Assembly (NCBI GenBank): GCA_050951545.1
Contig: JBMNJG010000009.1
Span: 68,762-132,761 of the forward strand
Direction of reading: 5' to 3'
Length of the DNA: 64,000 bases
From: Limnochordia bacterium
Lineage (GTDB): Bacteria; Bacillota; Limnochordia; DTU080
Shown here: piece by piece, positions 31,060-41,134 of the stretch
Position numbering within the stretch: the first letter of the stretch is position 1
How the letters are laid out: each line of letters starts with the position of its first letter
Translations under genes and position numbers: made by a program
Notes under the pieces: model-generated
The model's input: the letters and a program-made list of their open reading frames with translations, nothing else
Databases searched by the model: none
What the model was told of the DNA's origin: nothing

Positions 31060-31262
31060 GCGTACATCCTCCTGAACGTTGATTCTACTCTTCCGACTTA
31101 TCTTCGCGGACTCGGGATAGCCGTCTCGGGTGATTATTCAACAGGGAAGGGCGGCCTCCTGCCGTATTTGGGAACACTCCTGAAATATTTTCCTGTACCT
31201 TGCAGGCCGAAGACAAAGAACTCCCTAGGCAGCTCCCGTGGCATCGGAACCTGATGTTCTAG

Positions 31263-32279
31263 CTAACCCTGAACCTGGGTGGACTCTCTGACCACTAGCT
31301 CTACATCGAGCTCTATGCAGGCTCGTACAAGGTTTCTTGCCTGAATGGCTTGGACGATGAGACTAGCCGCTGTCGCAGCCAGGTCTCTCCATGGAATACG
31401 AACAGTGGTGAGCGTAGGCCGCACGTAACGCGTCAGTTCGATGTCATCGCAACCGACAATGGCCACGTCATCGGGAACGCTGAGCCCCATGTTGGCAGCT
31501 GCCTCCAGGGCACCGATGGCCAAGTAATCATTGATGGCCATGATGGCTGTCGGCTGCTCCTCACGCTCCAGAAGCTCACGTGCCTTCGCCCGCCCACTAG
31601 ACTCGGTAAGGTCGCTGACTGCAACCAAGGACGGCGAGAAGGCCAGGCCAGCTTCCTCCAGCGCCCGACGGTAGCCGGCAAGCCGATCATTCACAGAATA
31701 GAAATGGCTGGGTCCACCGATGAAGCCAATACGCTTGTGCCCCAACTCCAGGAGATGGCGTGTCGCCAGGTACCCGACCTGAACGTTATCTACCCCCACG
31801 CAGCACATGCCTGGACTATCGAGTAGTGTGTTGATGAGTACGAAGGGTAGTTGGTGCTCCAAGAAAGGTCTTAGATCATCTTCACCTACGCGGGTGCGAG
31901 CGACTAAGACTCCTGCTAGCTCGCCGCGTTGGATCATCTCGTCTACCACAGTGCCATTTCCGCCCGCCGCATAGGTACCTACCAGAAGACCATAGCCCTG
32001 TGCCTCCAAGACCCCCTTGGCACCACCAATCTCCGCCAGCATAATGGGAGTCTGCAAGCCCTGGTACTCCGTAGCCTGGGGAACAAGAAAACCCACAATA
32101 CCGCTACGACGCCCCCCGTTTTTGCCATCACCGCTATCACTTAGTCCCAGTTCCTGTAGGGCCTGGAGTACTTTGTCAACAGTCTTAGCGTTGACGTTTG
32201 GTCTACGATTCATCACGCGGGAGACTGTGCTGACCGAGACTCCCGCTCGTTCTGCAATCTGCTGTAGTGTGACGCGCAT
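31263..32279 (-). CDS. LacI family transcriptional regulator
   Basis: TLQQIAERAGVSVSTVSRVMN HTH; PTLTTV...VVREST. Confidence 0.93.
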   Translation of the reverse strand: MRVTLQQIAERAGVSVSTVSRVMNRRPNVNAKTVDKVLQALQELGLSDSGDGKNGGRRSGIVGFLVPQATEYQGLQTPIMLAEIGGAKGVLEAQGYGLLVGTYAAGGNGTVVDEMIQRGELAGVLVARTRVGEDDLRPFLEHQLPFVLINTLLDSPGMCCVGVDNVQVGYLATRHLLELGHKRIGFIGGPSHFYSVNDRLAGYRRALEEAGLAFSPSLVAVSDLTESSGRAKARELLEREEQPTAIMAINDYLAIGALEAAANMGLSVPDDVAIVGCDDIELTRYVRPTLTTVRIPWRDLAATAASLIVQAIQARNLVRACIELDVELVVRESTQVQG

Positions 32280-32391
32280 CTATACACTCCTCGCCAGCAA
32301 CCGTGGCTCGACTCGCGTCAAGTGTATGGTACAACAGGATAGGTTGTCCACCGCTACAGCGGCGAAAGTGGCGCGGAGTACAGGGCGAGAG

Positions 32392-33412
32392 CTAGCGTGA
32401 GTCCGTGGTGACTAGTGGCCGTCCAGTGGTGCGTCTGTCGATCAGCTCAGGCGTTAGAGCTGATATGAACCGAACTGCTGAACTCTCCCTGCAGTAACCC
32501 TTCGACCAGATAGGCCGTGTGATAGCCCATGTCGGTGAGACGATAGTCAAATGTGGTCAATCCAATGTCATGCGCCTGTAGTAGGTTGTCATGCCCCATT
32601 ACCGACATCTGTTCAGGAACATGGATGCCCTGTGTTTCCATCGACACAATGACTGCACTGGCGGCAATGTCGTTACAGGCCCATATAGCAGTAGGTGGCT
32701 GTGGCAGATCGAGAAGCGACCTGACGCATCTGCAGGCCCATTCCAGGATATTACCGCTTAAGGGCTCGGTGACTAACTCCGGGAGAAACAGGCCTCTATC
32801 CTCCAACCCTGTGCGAAAGCCGCGCAGCCGATTGCGCATAGCCGGAGAGGATTGCACACCCGGCATGCAGGCGATACGCGTGTGCCCCAGATCGATCAGG
32901 TGGCTGACAGCTCTGAGACCCGTACCATAGTCATCGAGGGTAACAGAACTTGCATAGACACTAACGTAACGGTTGATCAGGACTACCGGAACCGACAGGT
33001 CACCGATCAGCTCAGCATCCGCATCAGTTAGGGCATCCCATGTGCCTAACACCACTACGCCATGGGTCATATCAGCGACCTTGGCCAGACCCTCGTCGAC
33101 TCTTTCGTAACGCTTTGCCCGATGCACAGTAACTTCGTAGCTGAACTCATTCGCTCGCCGCGCCAATTCTTGTAGAGTCTCATCAAAGAACGCACCCCAT
33201 CCGCTATCCAGGACAAGGACGACTACCTGGCCAGGTTGACTGTTTCTGCTGGGGGCTGGTACGCTAACCCCCATCTCTTGGGCTACCTCAATGACGCGAC
33301 GACGAGTCGCCTCGGCCACGCCAGCATCGTTACGTAGTGCTCGGGAAACAGTAGCAATTGAGACGTTGGTTCTCTCGGCGACGTCTTTCAATGTGACTTT
33401 GCTCATGCTCAT
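32392..33412 (-). CDS. LacI family transcriptional regulator (one extra base near 3' end)
   Basis: TLKDVAERTNVSIATVSRAL; ORF stops at 32447, but removing one base near 32459 gives a typical LTPELIDRRTTG...* ending at 32392. Confidence 0.87.
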
Positions 33413-33513
33413 CGATTCTCTCCCCAGTAGGCGCCTGGCCAGCAATAGCTCGAGGGTACAGATGAGCCGATACTAGCAGGTAACCAGCATCGGCTCACAC
33501 TTGATCGCGTCTT

Positions 33514-34743
33514 CTAGGGCAATAGAGCTCTTAGCTCGCTTTGCAGTGAGTTAGCCATCTGTAGGCTGTCGATATTGCCCGAGTAGAGGGGGCTGTACCA
33601 CTTCCTGATGGCTGCCTCGATTGATGTCACGTTTACCGCACAGCTCGGATGTGGCTTCACATATTCCAAGATCTCGAACAGCGTCGCCTTGCGTTGCGAT
33701 ATTTGGGCGCTAGCGGACACCATTTTGGCCACCACCGAACGCCGACTGCCTAAGCCATTAGATAGAGTAGCGAACTTGCCGATGCTGTCAGCTTTGAATA
33801 GGAAGCGCATCAGTTCCCATGCCTCATCCTTGTGCTTGGAGTTGGCTCCCATCACCCATCCCGTCGAGGACAATCGGGAGACTTTGGTCCCTTTCGGCCC
33901 GGTGGGTATGTGTGCATAGTCCCAGTTGTCACCGAAAACGAAATTCCCCTCCGAGCTGTTTGACACGCGCATGGCTGCCGTGCCGCCACTGAAGTTCCCG
34001 CCATGGAGTTTGGCTGAAACAGTCCCCTCGAGCCATTGCAGTGCTTCTAGACTCTGCGGGCTATCAGCCTTCGGAACAAAAGTCTCGCGATCGGGTAGCA
34101 CTGGCGTGAAGAAATCGCCACCGTACATCCACAGGAATGGCAAGAAAGCGGGCCACCAGTTGAAGCCGTTGAGCCCATACTGCGTTACGCGACCATCCGC
34201 CTCTTGTATTGTCGTTCTCCGGGCAATGGTCGTGAAATCGTCTACCGTCCAATTATGCGAGTACCTGATTCCAGCCTTCTCGAACAGATCATTGTTGTAG
34301 TATACGGTAAGGGCATGGAGCACGCCAGGTAACCCGTACAGGGCTGAGCCCATACGATAGGCGTCTACCGATGTGGGGAAGAAATCGCTCAAGTCACCTT
34401 TCATATCTCTGTTGACGTAGCTGGTGATGTCAGCAAGAGCACCGATACTCGCGAAAGCAGGCAACGCCTTGTCATTGAAGTACAGAACGTCCGGCCCCGC
34501 GCCGGCCGCCACTTCCACAGTCAGTTTCTCCAACATCACGTTCTCGGTGTCACCAGGGAAGTTGCGCAAGTCGGCATGGATACCAGGCTGACTCTCGTTA
34601 AAAGCATCAATCAACTCGGCGTGCAAAGGTAGCACACTCTCGAAACCGACAACAGCGTAATCAAGGGTGACCCCAGCGATACCCACGGTAGGTAGCCCAC
34701 ACACAAACAAGAACAACAGGATAGCGGTAACACGCCTTTTCAT
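33514..34743 (-). CDS. sugar ABC transporter solute-binding protein
   Basis: ATG at 34743 after AAGGAG; AAGAGPDVL, YYNNDLFEKAG and AWELMRFL motifs. Confidence 0.88.
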   Translation of the reverse strand: MKRRVTAILLFLFVCGLPTVGIAGVTLDYAVVGFESVLPLHAELIDAFNESQPGIHADLRNFPGDTENVMLEKLTVEVAAGAGPDVLYFNDKALPAFASIGALADITSYVNRDMKGDLSDFFPTSVDAYRMGSALYGLPGVLHALTVYYNNDLFEKAGIRYSHNWTVDDFTTIARRTTIQEADGRVTQYGLNGFNWWPAFLPFLWMYGGDFFTPVLPDRETFVPKADSPQSLEALQWLEGTVSAKLHGGNFSGGTAAMRVSNSSEGNFVFGDNWDYAHIPTGPKGTKVSRLSSTGWVMGANSKHKDEAWELMRFLFKADSIGKFATLSNGLGSRRSVVAKMVSASAQISQRKATLFEILEYVKPHPSCAVNVTSIEAAIRKWYSPLYSGNIDSLQMANSLQSELRALLP

Positions 34744-35010
34744 GTTGATCTCCTTTCCGTTCCAACTGCCGTGCAGTGTTTCACGCGTCAGACCTTCCAT
34801 GCCGATCCCGATAGTGTCACCTCCGTTGGCATACTGAGGCATATCCCGTCATGCTCCATATGTATAGTTGACCATTGCGGGAAATGGTCCTCCTTTTTTG
34901 CGGATAATTTCTCGCAAAATTGCGTGGGTGTTTTCGAGACGAGCGGCCGTAGAGAAGCGCATGGATGCTGATCATCCCGCGCTGTACCGCACGAGATCAG
35001 CCGAAAGCGC

Positions 35011-35035
35011 GAAAAGGCCGCATAGCGGCCTTTTC
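35011..35035 (-). terminator. probable terminator between tandem SBP genes
   Basis: Perfect 11-bp stem GAAAAGGCCGC-ATA-GCGGCCTTTTC. Confidence 0.55.
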
Positions 35036-35123
35036 CAGCACATGACGACCTATTTCTGGCTGTAACCACTTTTCAAGAGCCTAGCGTGAGTTCCGACCTA
35101 CGACCCTACGCATTACCCTGTAA

Positions 35124-36380
35124 TCATCTTGCGAGTAGGCGATTGACAATGGATTCCATCTGCTCCATTGCAGCCTCAGGTGCCATCTTATTGGTGAAAA
35201 CCTTACGCAATATGGGATTGATCTCCTTGTCAATGGCACTGCCTCGGTAGAACGGTGCGGCGCCAGCCAGCTGGAAGATGTCAAGCGCAGTAGACATATG
35301 CGGATGTTTACTTACCATCGCTCGCCACGCACTAGACGAGTATAGGTCTCGGCGTGGAGAGATTGGCATGCGGCAGATTTCGAGCTGCTTAATCTGGCTC
35401 TCCAGGCTCGTGTAATGAACTATCCAGTCCCATGCCAGCTGAGGATGCTTAGCTCCAGCCGGAATCACATACATATTCCCCCAAGCGACGCTACCACGGC
35501 TAGTGCCAGCTGGCCCTGTTGGTACGCTTGTATAGCCAAATTCAGCTGGTTCTATCCCAGGGATGTGACCCACCGCAGTCTCCAACAGTTGCATTGAGAC
35601 GTTGCCCTGTGCAAAGTTGGCAGAAAAACCACTTACAGCCCCTGTCAGATTCCACAAGTCACGCTGGAAGGTGAGGGTTTGTCGCCCCTTGTCGGTGTTG
35701 AAGACAGCCCTGGTCTGTGCCTCATCCGAAAATGACGCGCCATTGCTGTACAGCCAAGAGGTAAGTGCGTCCTTGTTCACTGGTTCGAAGTAGCCAGCCC
35801 GACGGACCTTACCGTCGTCGGCAAAGCGCGTTAGTTTTCGCACAGCGTCTGAGAAATCATCCCACGTCTTGATGGCCAATGGATCATTATCTAGACCAGC
35901 CTCAGCAAGTTGCTGGTGGTTGTAGAGGATCGCCCTCGCCTCCAAGCTGTTGGTGGCACCATAGATCACTCCCTCATGTTGGTTGAACAGCTGGGTGACT
36001 GGTAACAAGCTACGTTCAAGATCCGGGGTAGCAGCATACAGTTCATTCACGGGCTGCAACAACCCAGACTCGTATAGATCCCGGGCGTAGTATGCAGAGG
36101 CAATGGAGACATCTGGAACCACGTTTGCGCTTGCTGCTATTACCAAACGATCCGGGCCGAAGGGCACGTACTCATATGTGACCTCTACTTCGGGATGGCT
36201 CTTCTCGAATGACAGCTTTGCATACTCAAGCCATTTAGCGAAATCCCCTCGGGCATGAGCTTCCCAATGCCAGACGACCAGTTGGTCCTTAGCAGCAGTA
36301 GTGATCAAGCAACCGCTCAACAAAACACATACTATAGTAGCCACGACAACGTACCGAGACGACGTAGAAAAAACCATCAA
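35124..36380 (-). CDS. sugar ABC transporter solute-binding protein
   Basis: Signal peptide; LVVWHW, LYNHQQLAEAG and AWDWIVHY motifs. Confidence 0.87.
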   Translation of the reverse strand: MMVFSTSSRYVVVATIVCVLLSGCLITTAAKDQLVVWHWEAHARGDFAKWLEYAKLSFEKSHPEVEVTYEYVPFGPDRLVIAASANVVPDVSIASAYYARDLYESGLLQPVNELYAATPDLERSLLPVTQLFNQHEGVIYGATNSLEARAILYNHQQLAEAGLDNDPLAIKTWDDFSDAVRKLTRFADDGKVRRAGYFEPVNKDALTSWLYSNGASFSDEAQTRAVFNTDKGRQTLTFQRDLWNLTGAVSGFSANFAQGNVSMQLLETAVGHIPGIEPAEFGYTSVPTGPAGTSRGSVAWGNMYVIPAGAKHPQLAWDWIVHYTSLESQIKQLEICRMPISPRRDLYSSSAWRAMVSKHPHMSTALDIFQLAGAAPFYRGSAIDKEINPILRKVFTNKMAPEAAMEQMESIVNRLLAR

Positions 36381-36417
36381 TTGGACCTCCCATCCCCTAA
36401 CTGCGGTCGGGAATCAG

Positions 36418-37669
36418 TCATTTCCCAGCCAGCTCAGCTAAGCGAGCATTGATCGACTCTTGTGCTTGCTTGAGCACCCACTCGGCACCAGCTTCACCAC
36501 CAAGGGCGCTATTCCAGGCGGCTTGGAACTGCGGTAGCCAATCCGATTCTGATACCCCTGCCGCATAGTTGTTGCGCGAACCAAACGTCAGGATTGACTC
36601 AGCAAGGGCCTGCCACGGCTGCTTCATGAAAGCGAGCACTGCGAAGGCCCTTCTTTAGATATGGGATGCCGCCGCGATCGTCTGCAAACTGCACTCCGTT
36701 CTCGTACATCAGAAAACGGATGAATTGCCAAGCCTCGTCAGCGTGCTTGGTGGAACTTACGATACTCATCGTGCTTGAGGTAGCTCCCGAGAAACGGTAC
36801 CCTCGCTTACCCGGCCCCGGCGGTCCTGGGATGGTCACAAAGTCTTTGCCTGCCTGTTGCAGCTTAGTGATGAAGATGCCCTGACTGATCATCATCCCAT
36901 AGAGACCGTTTGTGAAGTTCCCTTGCGAACTTCCCTTGAGGGCGCCTGGCCGCGGAGACACTCCGAAGACGTTAACCATGTCGCTGGCGAATTCCAGGGC
37001 TTCTATGGTGTTCGGATGGTCAAGCATGGCACGGCTTCGGTCCTGGGCGAGAATCTCGCCTTCATTTAGCCAGATCCAGTGCCACCGATTCCCCCCGTTT
37101 TCTTGATACATATCAAAGCCCCAACGCTCCACACCATCGCTAGTACGCAAAGTCATCTTGCGTGCCCAACCCAGGAGATCGTTCCAGTCACGCAATGGCC
37201 CACTCGTATCAATCCCGCAACCGTCCGCTACTTCAGTCGCCACAAAGAGAGCCCGCTCGTTGCCATCCGCGGCCAGCTGATAGGTTTTGCCTCTCACCTC
37301 GCTGAAAGACCAGAGGTCGTCTACGAACTCGTCCCGTCTGAATCCGTTCGGCCCATCTATATAGGCGTCGAGGGGCAACAGCATGCCACGCGGCCCCAAG
37401 GCCGTTGCCCAGGGACCCAGTCCCTGCACTAAGTCTGGAGCGACGCCAGCAGCAAAAGCTACCACTAGCTCCTGCTCCTTAGAGCCCTTCTCGACACTGA
37501 TGCGAATATCGGAGTGCGTAGAGTGGAAATCCTCAATGTACCGGGCAAAACTGTCACCAACGGGACTTCCCGGCAACCAAGCCCATGTTCTGAGCTCCAC
37601 TGGCGCTGCGCTGGCGCTCCACAGAGAACACGTCAAGAGAAAAGTCACAAGCAGTTTGCAGGTGAGCAC
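36418..37669 (-). CDS. sugar ABC transporter solute-binding protein (single frameshift near 36630)
   Basis: GTG at 37669 after CAGGAGG; AAGVAPDLV and AWQFIRFL; C-terminus continues in ORF 36418..36639. Confidence 0.83.
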
Positions 37670-37812
37670 GTCACACACCTCCTGATGTATGCAGTTGATT
37701 CGCCACACTGCCGCCTCGAGGCTCTAAGCACACCCCCAGTCCTCGAAAACTAGCGGCGCCCGTCTTCTGAGACAATCCTACCCTATCGGCGAGTCGCGAC
37801 AACCAGAACTAA

Positions 37813-37828
37813 AGGTATGATCATACCT
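37813..37828. promoter_or_regulatory. candidate GntR/FadR operator
   Basis: Perfect 16-bp palindrome AGGTATGATCATACCT just downstream of a minus-strand AGGA-N17-GAAA promoter-like motif (37862-37838). Confidence 0.6.
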
Positions 37829-37983
37829 CGTTCCATGTTTCTTCACATACAGGAGAGTTCCTCCTGGAAATTGAGCGCTTCCCAGAAACTATGGCTCTTG
37901 CGCCTAAATAACGCAGAGTGCCCAACATCCTGTACGATCAGGACTTCCTCATCCACTGCGGAGGGGATCCACCCTTACGCAGA

Positions 37984-38025
37984 AGGAGTTATGCTTATCA
38001 TAGCGAAACATATGATCATCATATG
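37984..38025 (+). promoter_or_regulatory. SigH-like promoter with adjoining palindromic operator upstream of GntR gene
   Basis: AGGA-N17-GAAA (37984-38008) immediately followed by CATATGAT-C-ATCATATG (38009-38025). Confidence 0.55.
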
Positions 38026-38219
38026 GAAATCGGGAGCGCGGCTAGTTCGATGGCCAAGGGGTCTAATACCAGGTGAAACAGATAGCCATGCGGACACTGC
38101 TGGAGTTCGGGAGGAGGAAGCGTCATAACTAGAGGTCGATACCGCGCATTGCGGTCCGTGGGAAACAGGAATCGAGGAGTCCGATGAAACGGAGTTGGCA
38201 AGAAGGTCAAGATGGAGCC

Positions 38220-38963
38220 GTGTCGGGTGTTATCAGAAAACAGTCCCTCCCTCAGCAGATCCAGAGAGAGCTGATTGACTTCATCGTACGCGAGGGCTAC
38301 CAGGCAGGTGACCAACTACCTACCGAACCCGAGATCTGTGCTCAGTTTGGTGCGAGCCGGACGGCGGTGAGGGAGGCCATGAAATACCTGGAGATTCTAG
38401 GTGTAGTCAGCATTGAACCAGGTCGAGGCACCTTCCTCCAGCCCTTTGACATAGGTCACTTACTGGGCAACCTCCCGATGCAGCTCATTTTTCGCCCGGA
38501 AGACATTATGGAAGTCATTCAGGTCCGCCAGCTTCTAGAGGGGTATTGCTTGGAGCAGGCGATCGTAAGAGCCGGGAGGACGGGGCTGGAGCAATTGGAG
38601 CATTGGGTCAACGCCATGGCGGCCAAGGCTGCCAGCGCAGAGTCTATGGACGAAGAGGATACCTGTTTCCACCGCCAGTTGGCCTGCATGGCAGGTTCGC
38701 ACCTTCTGCTGATGGTCTTGGAGGTTTTCTGGGACCTTCGTCGACGTCTGCCAGTTGACAACAGCCCTGAAGCCCTAGTTCGCCGACACCTTCGCCATCG
38801 TCGGCTATATGAAGCAATAAAGATGCGTGATCTGCAGCTGGCAAGGCTAATGTTGGCAGAGCATTTCTCAGGGTCCTACCAAGAGCTGCTATCTGATGTC
38901 GAGGATAGGACAAGCCATTTGCGTGCTGCAGACAATAAGGAGGACCAAGGGAATGCGCAATAA
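38220..38963 (+). CDS. GntR/FadR family transcriptional regulator
   Basis: GDQLPTEPEICAQFGASRTAVREA...GRGTF wHTH; FCD domain DTCFH; start could be 38184. Confidence 0.92.
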   Translation: MSGVIRKQSLPQQIQRELIDFIVREGYQAGDQLPTEPEICAQFGASRTAVREAMKYLEILGVVSIEPGRGTFLQPFDIGHLLGNLPMQLIFRPEDIMEVIQVRQLLEGYCLEQAIVRAGRTGLEQLEHWVNAMAAKAASAESMDEEDTCFHRQLACMAGSHLLLMVLEVFWDLRRRLPVDNSPEALVRRHLRHRRLYEAIKMRDLQLARLMLAEHFSGSYQELLSDVEDRTSHLRAADNKEDQGNAQ

Positions 38964-39909
38964 CGAAGCAACACCCACCAGTGAAAAGGCTTGGCCTAGA
39001 ATTCGCGGATTGGTAGCCGCTCCCTTTACCCCAATGCATGCAGATGGTAGCCTGAACCTCGATATGATACCGCAGCTGGCTGCCGCCCTGATACGCGATG
39101 GCGTAGTGGGAGCTTTTGTGTGTGGCACCACTGGTGAAGGCATGTCTCTCTCATTGACGGAGCGCATGGCTGTAGCCGAATCGTGGGTCCGATCTGCTGC
39201 TGGAAGCCTGAAGATCATCGTACACGTCGGCCACACCTGCATTGGCGAAGCGCAGGCACTAGCAGATCACGCGCAACGTGTTGGGGCTGACGCCATCGCC
39301 TCGATGGCGCCCTGCTTCTTTCATCCGACTGATGCTCGCGCACTTGCGGACTACTGCGCGACCATCGCCTCTGCGGCCCACCAGAAACCCTTCTACTACT
39401 ATCACATTCCATCTATGACGAACGTGAACATGCTAGTCTCCGACTTCCTTCGACAAGCCGGGGGTATCCCCACCCTAGCCGGAGTCAAGTACACGCACTA
39501 CGACTTGATGGACTTGAGCCTGTGCATGCGAATGGAACAAGGACGGTATGACATTCTGTACGGTCGCGACGAGACACTTCTGGCTGGGTTGTCCGTAGGG
39601 GTACAGGGTGCAGTGGGCAGTACATACAACTTCGCTGCTCCAATCTACCATCGACTTATGAGAGCCTACGCTGAAGGAGACATGGAGACGTCCAGGCGAG
39701 AGCAGGCTCTGGCTGCAGATATCATCGCTACGTTCGGCCGCTATGGTGGGTTACCTACTCAAAAAGCGATTATGAGAATGATTGGACTGGACTGTGGCCC
39801 TGTACGTCTACCGTTACGTGACCTCTCTCAGACGCAATACAAAGAAGTGTACTCGTGCCTGGAGGGCATGGGGTTCTTCGCCGAACGCGCGGCCCACAGG
39901 GAGGGGTAG
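38953..39909 (+). CDS. nanA: N-acetylneuraminate lyase / DHDPS family
   Basis: CGTTGEG, YYYHIP, GVKYT and GAVGSTYN motifs; adjacent to sialidase. Confidence 0.78.
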   Translation: MRNNEATPTSEKAWPRIRGLVAAPFTPMHADGSLNLDMIPQLAAALIRDGVVGAFVCGTTGEGMSLSLTERMAVAESWVRSAAGSLKIIVHVGHTCIGEAQALADHAQRVGADAIASMAPCFFHPTDARALADYCATIASAAHQKPFYYYHIPSMTNVNMLVSDFLRQAGGIPTLAGVKYTHYDLMDLSLCMRMEQGRYDILYGRDETLLAGLSVGVQGAVGSTYNFAAPIYHRLMRAYAEGDMETSRREQALAADIIATFGRYGGLPTQKAIMRMIGLDCGPVRLPLRDLSQTQYKEVYSCLEGMGFFAERAAHREG

Positions 39910-39911
39910 CG

Positions 39912-41030
39912 ATGTCTTTCGGTAGGATCGTTGTTGCGATGATGCTGGTGCTTGCATTCCTCGAAGCAGGTGCCCTTCTGATGGCTCAACATCCGGCGAT
40001 TTGGTGGTCTATCTTGGAGGCAAAGGAAGTGTCGTCTATGCAGCAGAGTCGGATCTTTGTCAGTGGTACAGGGGGCTACCATGCCTATCGAATCCCCGCA
40101 CTAGTTGTGTCCACCAAGGGCACTGTGCTCGCCTTCTGCGAGGGCCGAAAAAACGGCCTAGCCGATGATGGGGATATCGACCTCTTGCTACGTCGCAGCC
40201 TTGATGGAGGACAGACGTGGCAGGATGTGCAGCTCATCCATGATGCAGGCGGGAATACGGCTGGAAATCCAGCGCCCGTGGTCGACGCCACTACGGGAAC
40301 CATCCATTTGGTCTTTTGCATTAACAACACAACCGTGTGGGTAACAGAAAGCGTGGACGACGGGGAAACGTGGGCGACCCCTCGTGAGATCACACAGAGT
40401 GTTAAGCAGCCTTCGTGGACGTGGTATGCTACCGGCCCCGGCCACGGAATTCAGCTACAGAGCGGCCGATTACTCATTCCCTGCGACCACACTGGGCACG
40501 CGCATGTGATCTACAGCGATGATCATGGCCACACGTGGCAACTCGGCGGCATTGTGACCAAGGGTACCAATGAGTCCATTGCCGTGGAAACCGTTGACGG
40601 TGGGCTCTACATCAACTGCCGCAATACCAGCGACACGGGCCGTACGCATCGAGCTTATGCTTGGAGCTACGACGGAGGGGAGACCTTCGAGCCCGCTCAG
40701 TGGGATTCCACACTGGTTGAGCCTATCTGTCAGGCGAGTCTTGTGAGATTCAGCACGGAGAAAGATAGTGGGCGAAATCGTGTGCTTTTCTGCAATCCAG
40801 CAAGCCCAAAGCGAGAGCGAATGACCGTCCGCGTAAGCTACGACGAATGCCGCACGTGGAGCCTTGGGCGAATCGTGCATTTCGGCCCATCCGCCTACTC
40901 TGATCTATGTGTACTACCCGACATGACCATCGGTCTGCTATACGAACAGGGCCAGTACAGCCCGTACGAGACGATTACGTTTGCGCAGTTCAGCCTGGAA
41001 TGGCTAACCGACGGGAAAGACCGCCTATAG
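39912..41030 (+). CDS. exo-alpha-sialidase (GH33)
   Basis: YRIP motif and five Asp boxes (SLDGGQTW, SVDDGETW, SDDHGHTW, SYDGGETF, SYDECRTW), SAYSDL. Confidence 0.92.
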   Translation: MSFGRIVVAMMLVLAFLEAGALLMAQHPAIWWSILEAKEVSSMQQSRIFVSGTGGYHAYRIPALVVSTKGTVLAFCEGRKNGLADDGDIDLLLRRSLDGGQTWQDVQLIHDAGGNTAGNPAPVVDATTGTIHLVFCINNTTVWVTESVDDGETWATPREITQSVKQPSWTWYATGPGHGIQLQSGRLLIPCDHTGHAHVIYSDDHGHTWQLGGIVTKGTNESIAVETVDGGLYINCRNTSDTGRTHRAYAWSYDGGETFEPAQWDSTLVEPICQASLVRFSTEKDSGRNRVLFCNPASPKRERMTVRVSYDECRTWSLGRIVHFGPSAYSDLCVLPDMTIGLLYEQGQYSPYETITFAQFSLEWLTDGKDRL

Positions 41031-41060
41031 GATTCCACTCAGACACCCATCAGCAGCAGA

Positions 41061-41096
41061 ATCAAGAGGCCATCGTTGCAGATGGCCTCATTTGAT
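41061..41096. terminator. probable bidirectional terminator
   Basis: GAGGCCATC...GATGGCCTC stem between convergent genes. Confidence 0.55.
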
Positions 41097-41134
41097 GCTC
41101 GCTTTCTTGCTAGGTCTAGTACCCCCGCCCGCTC

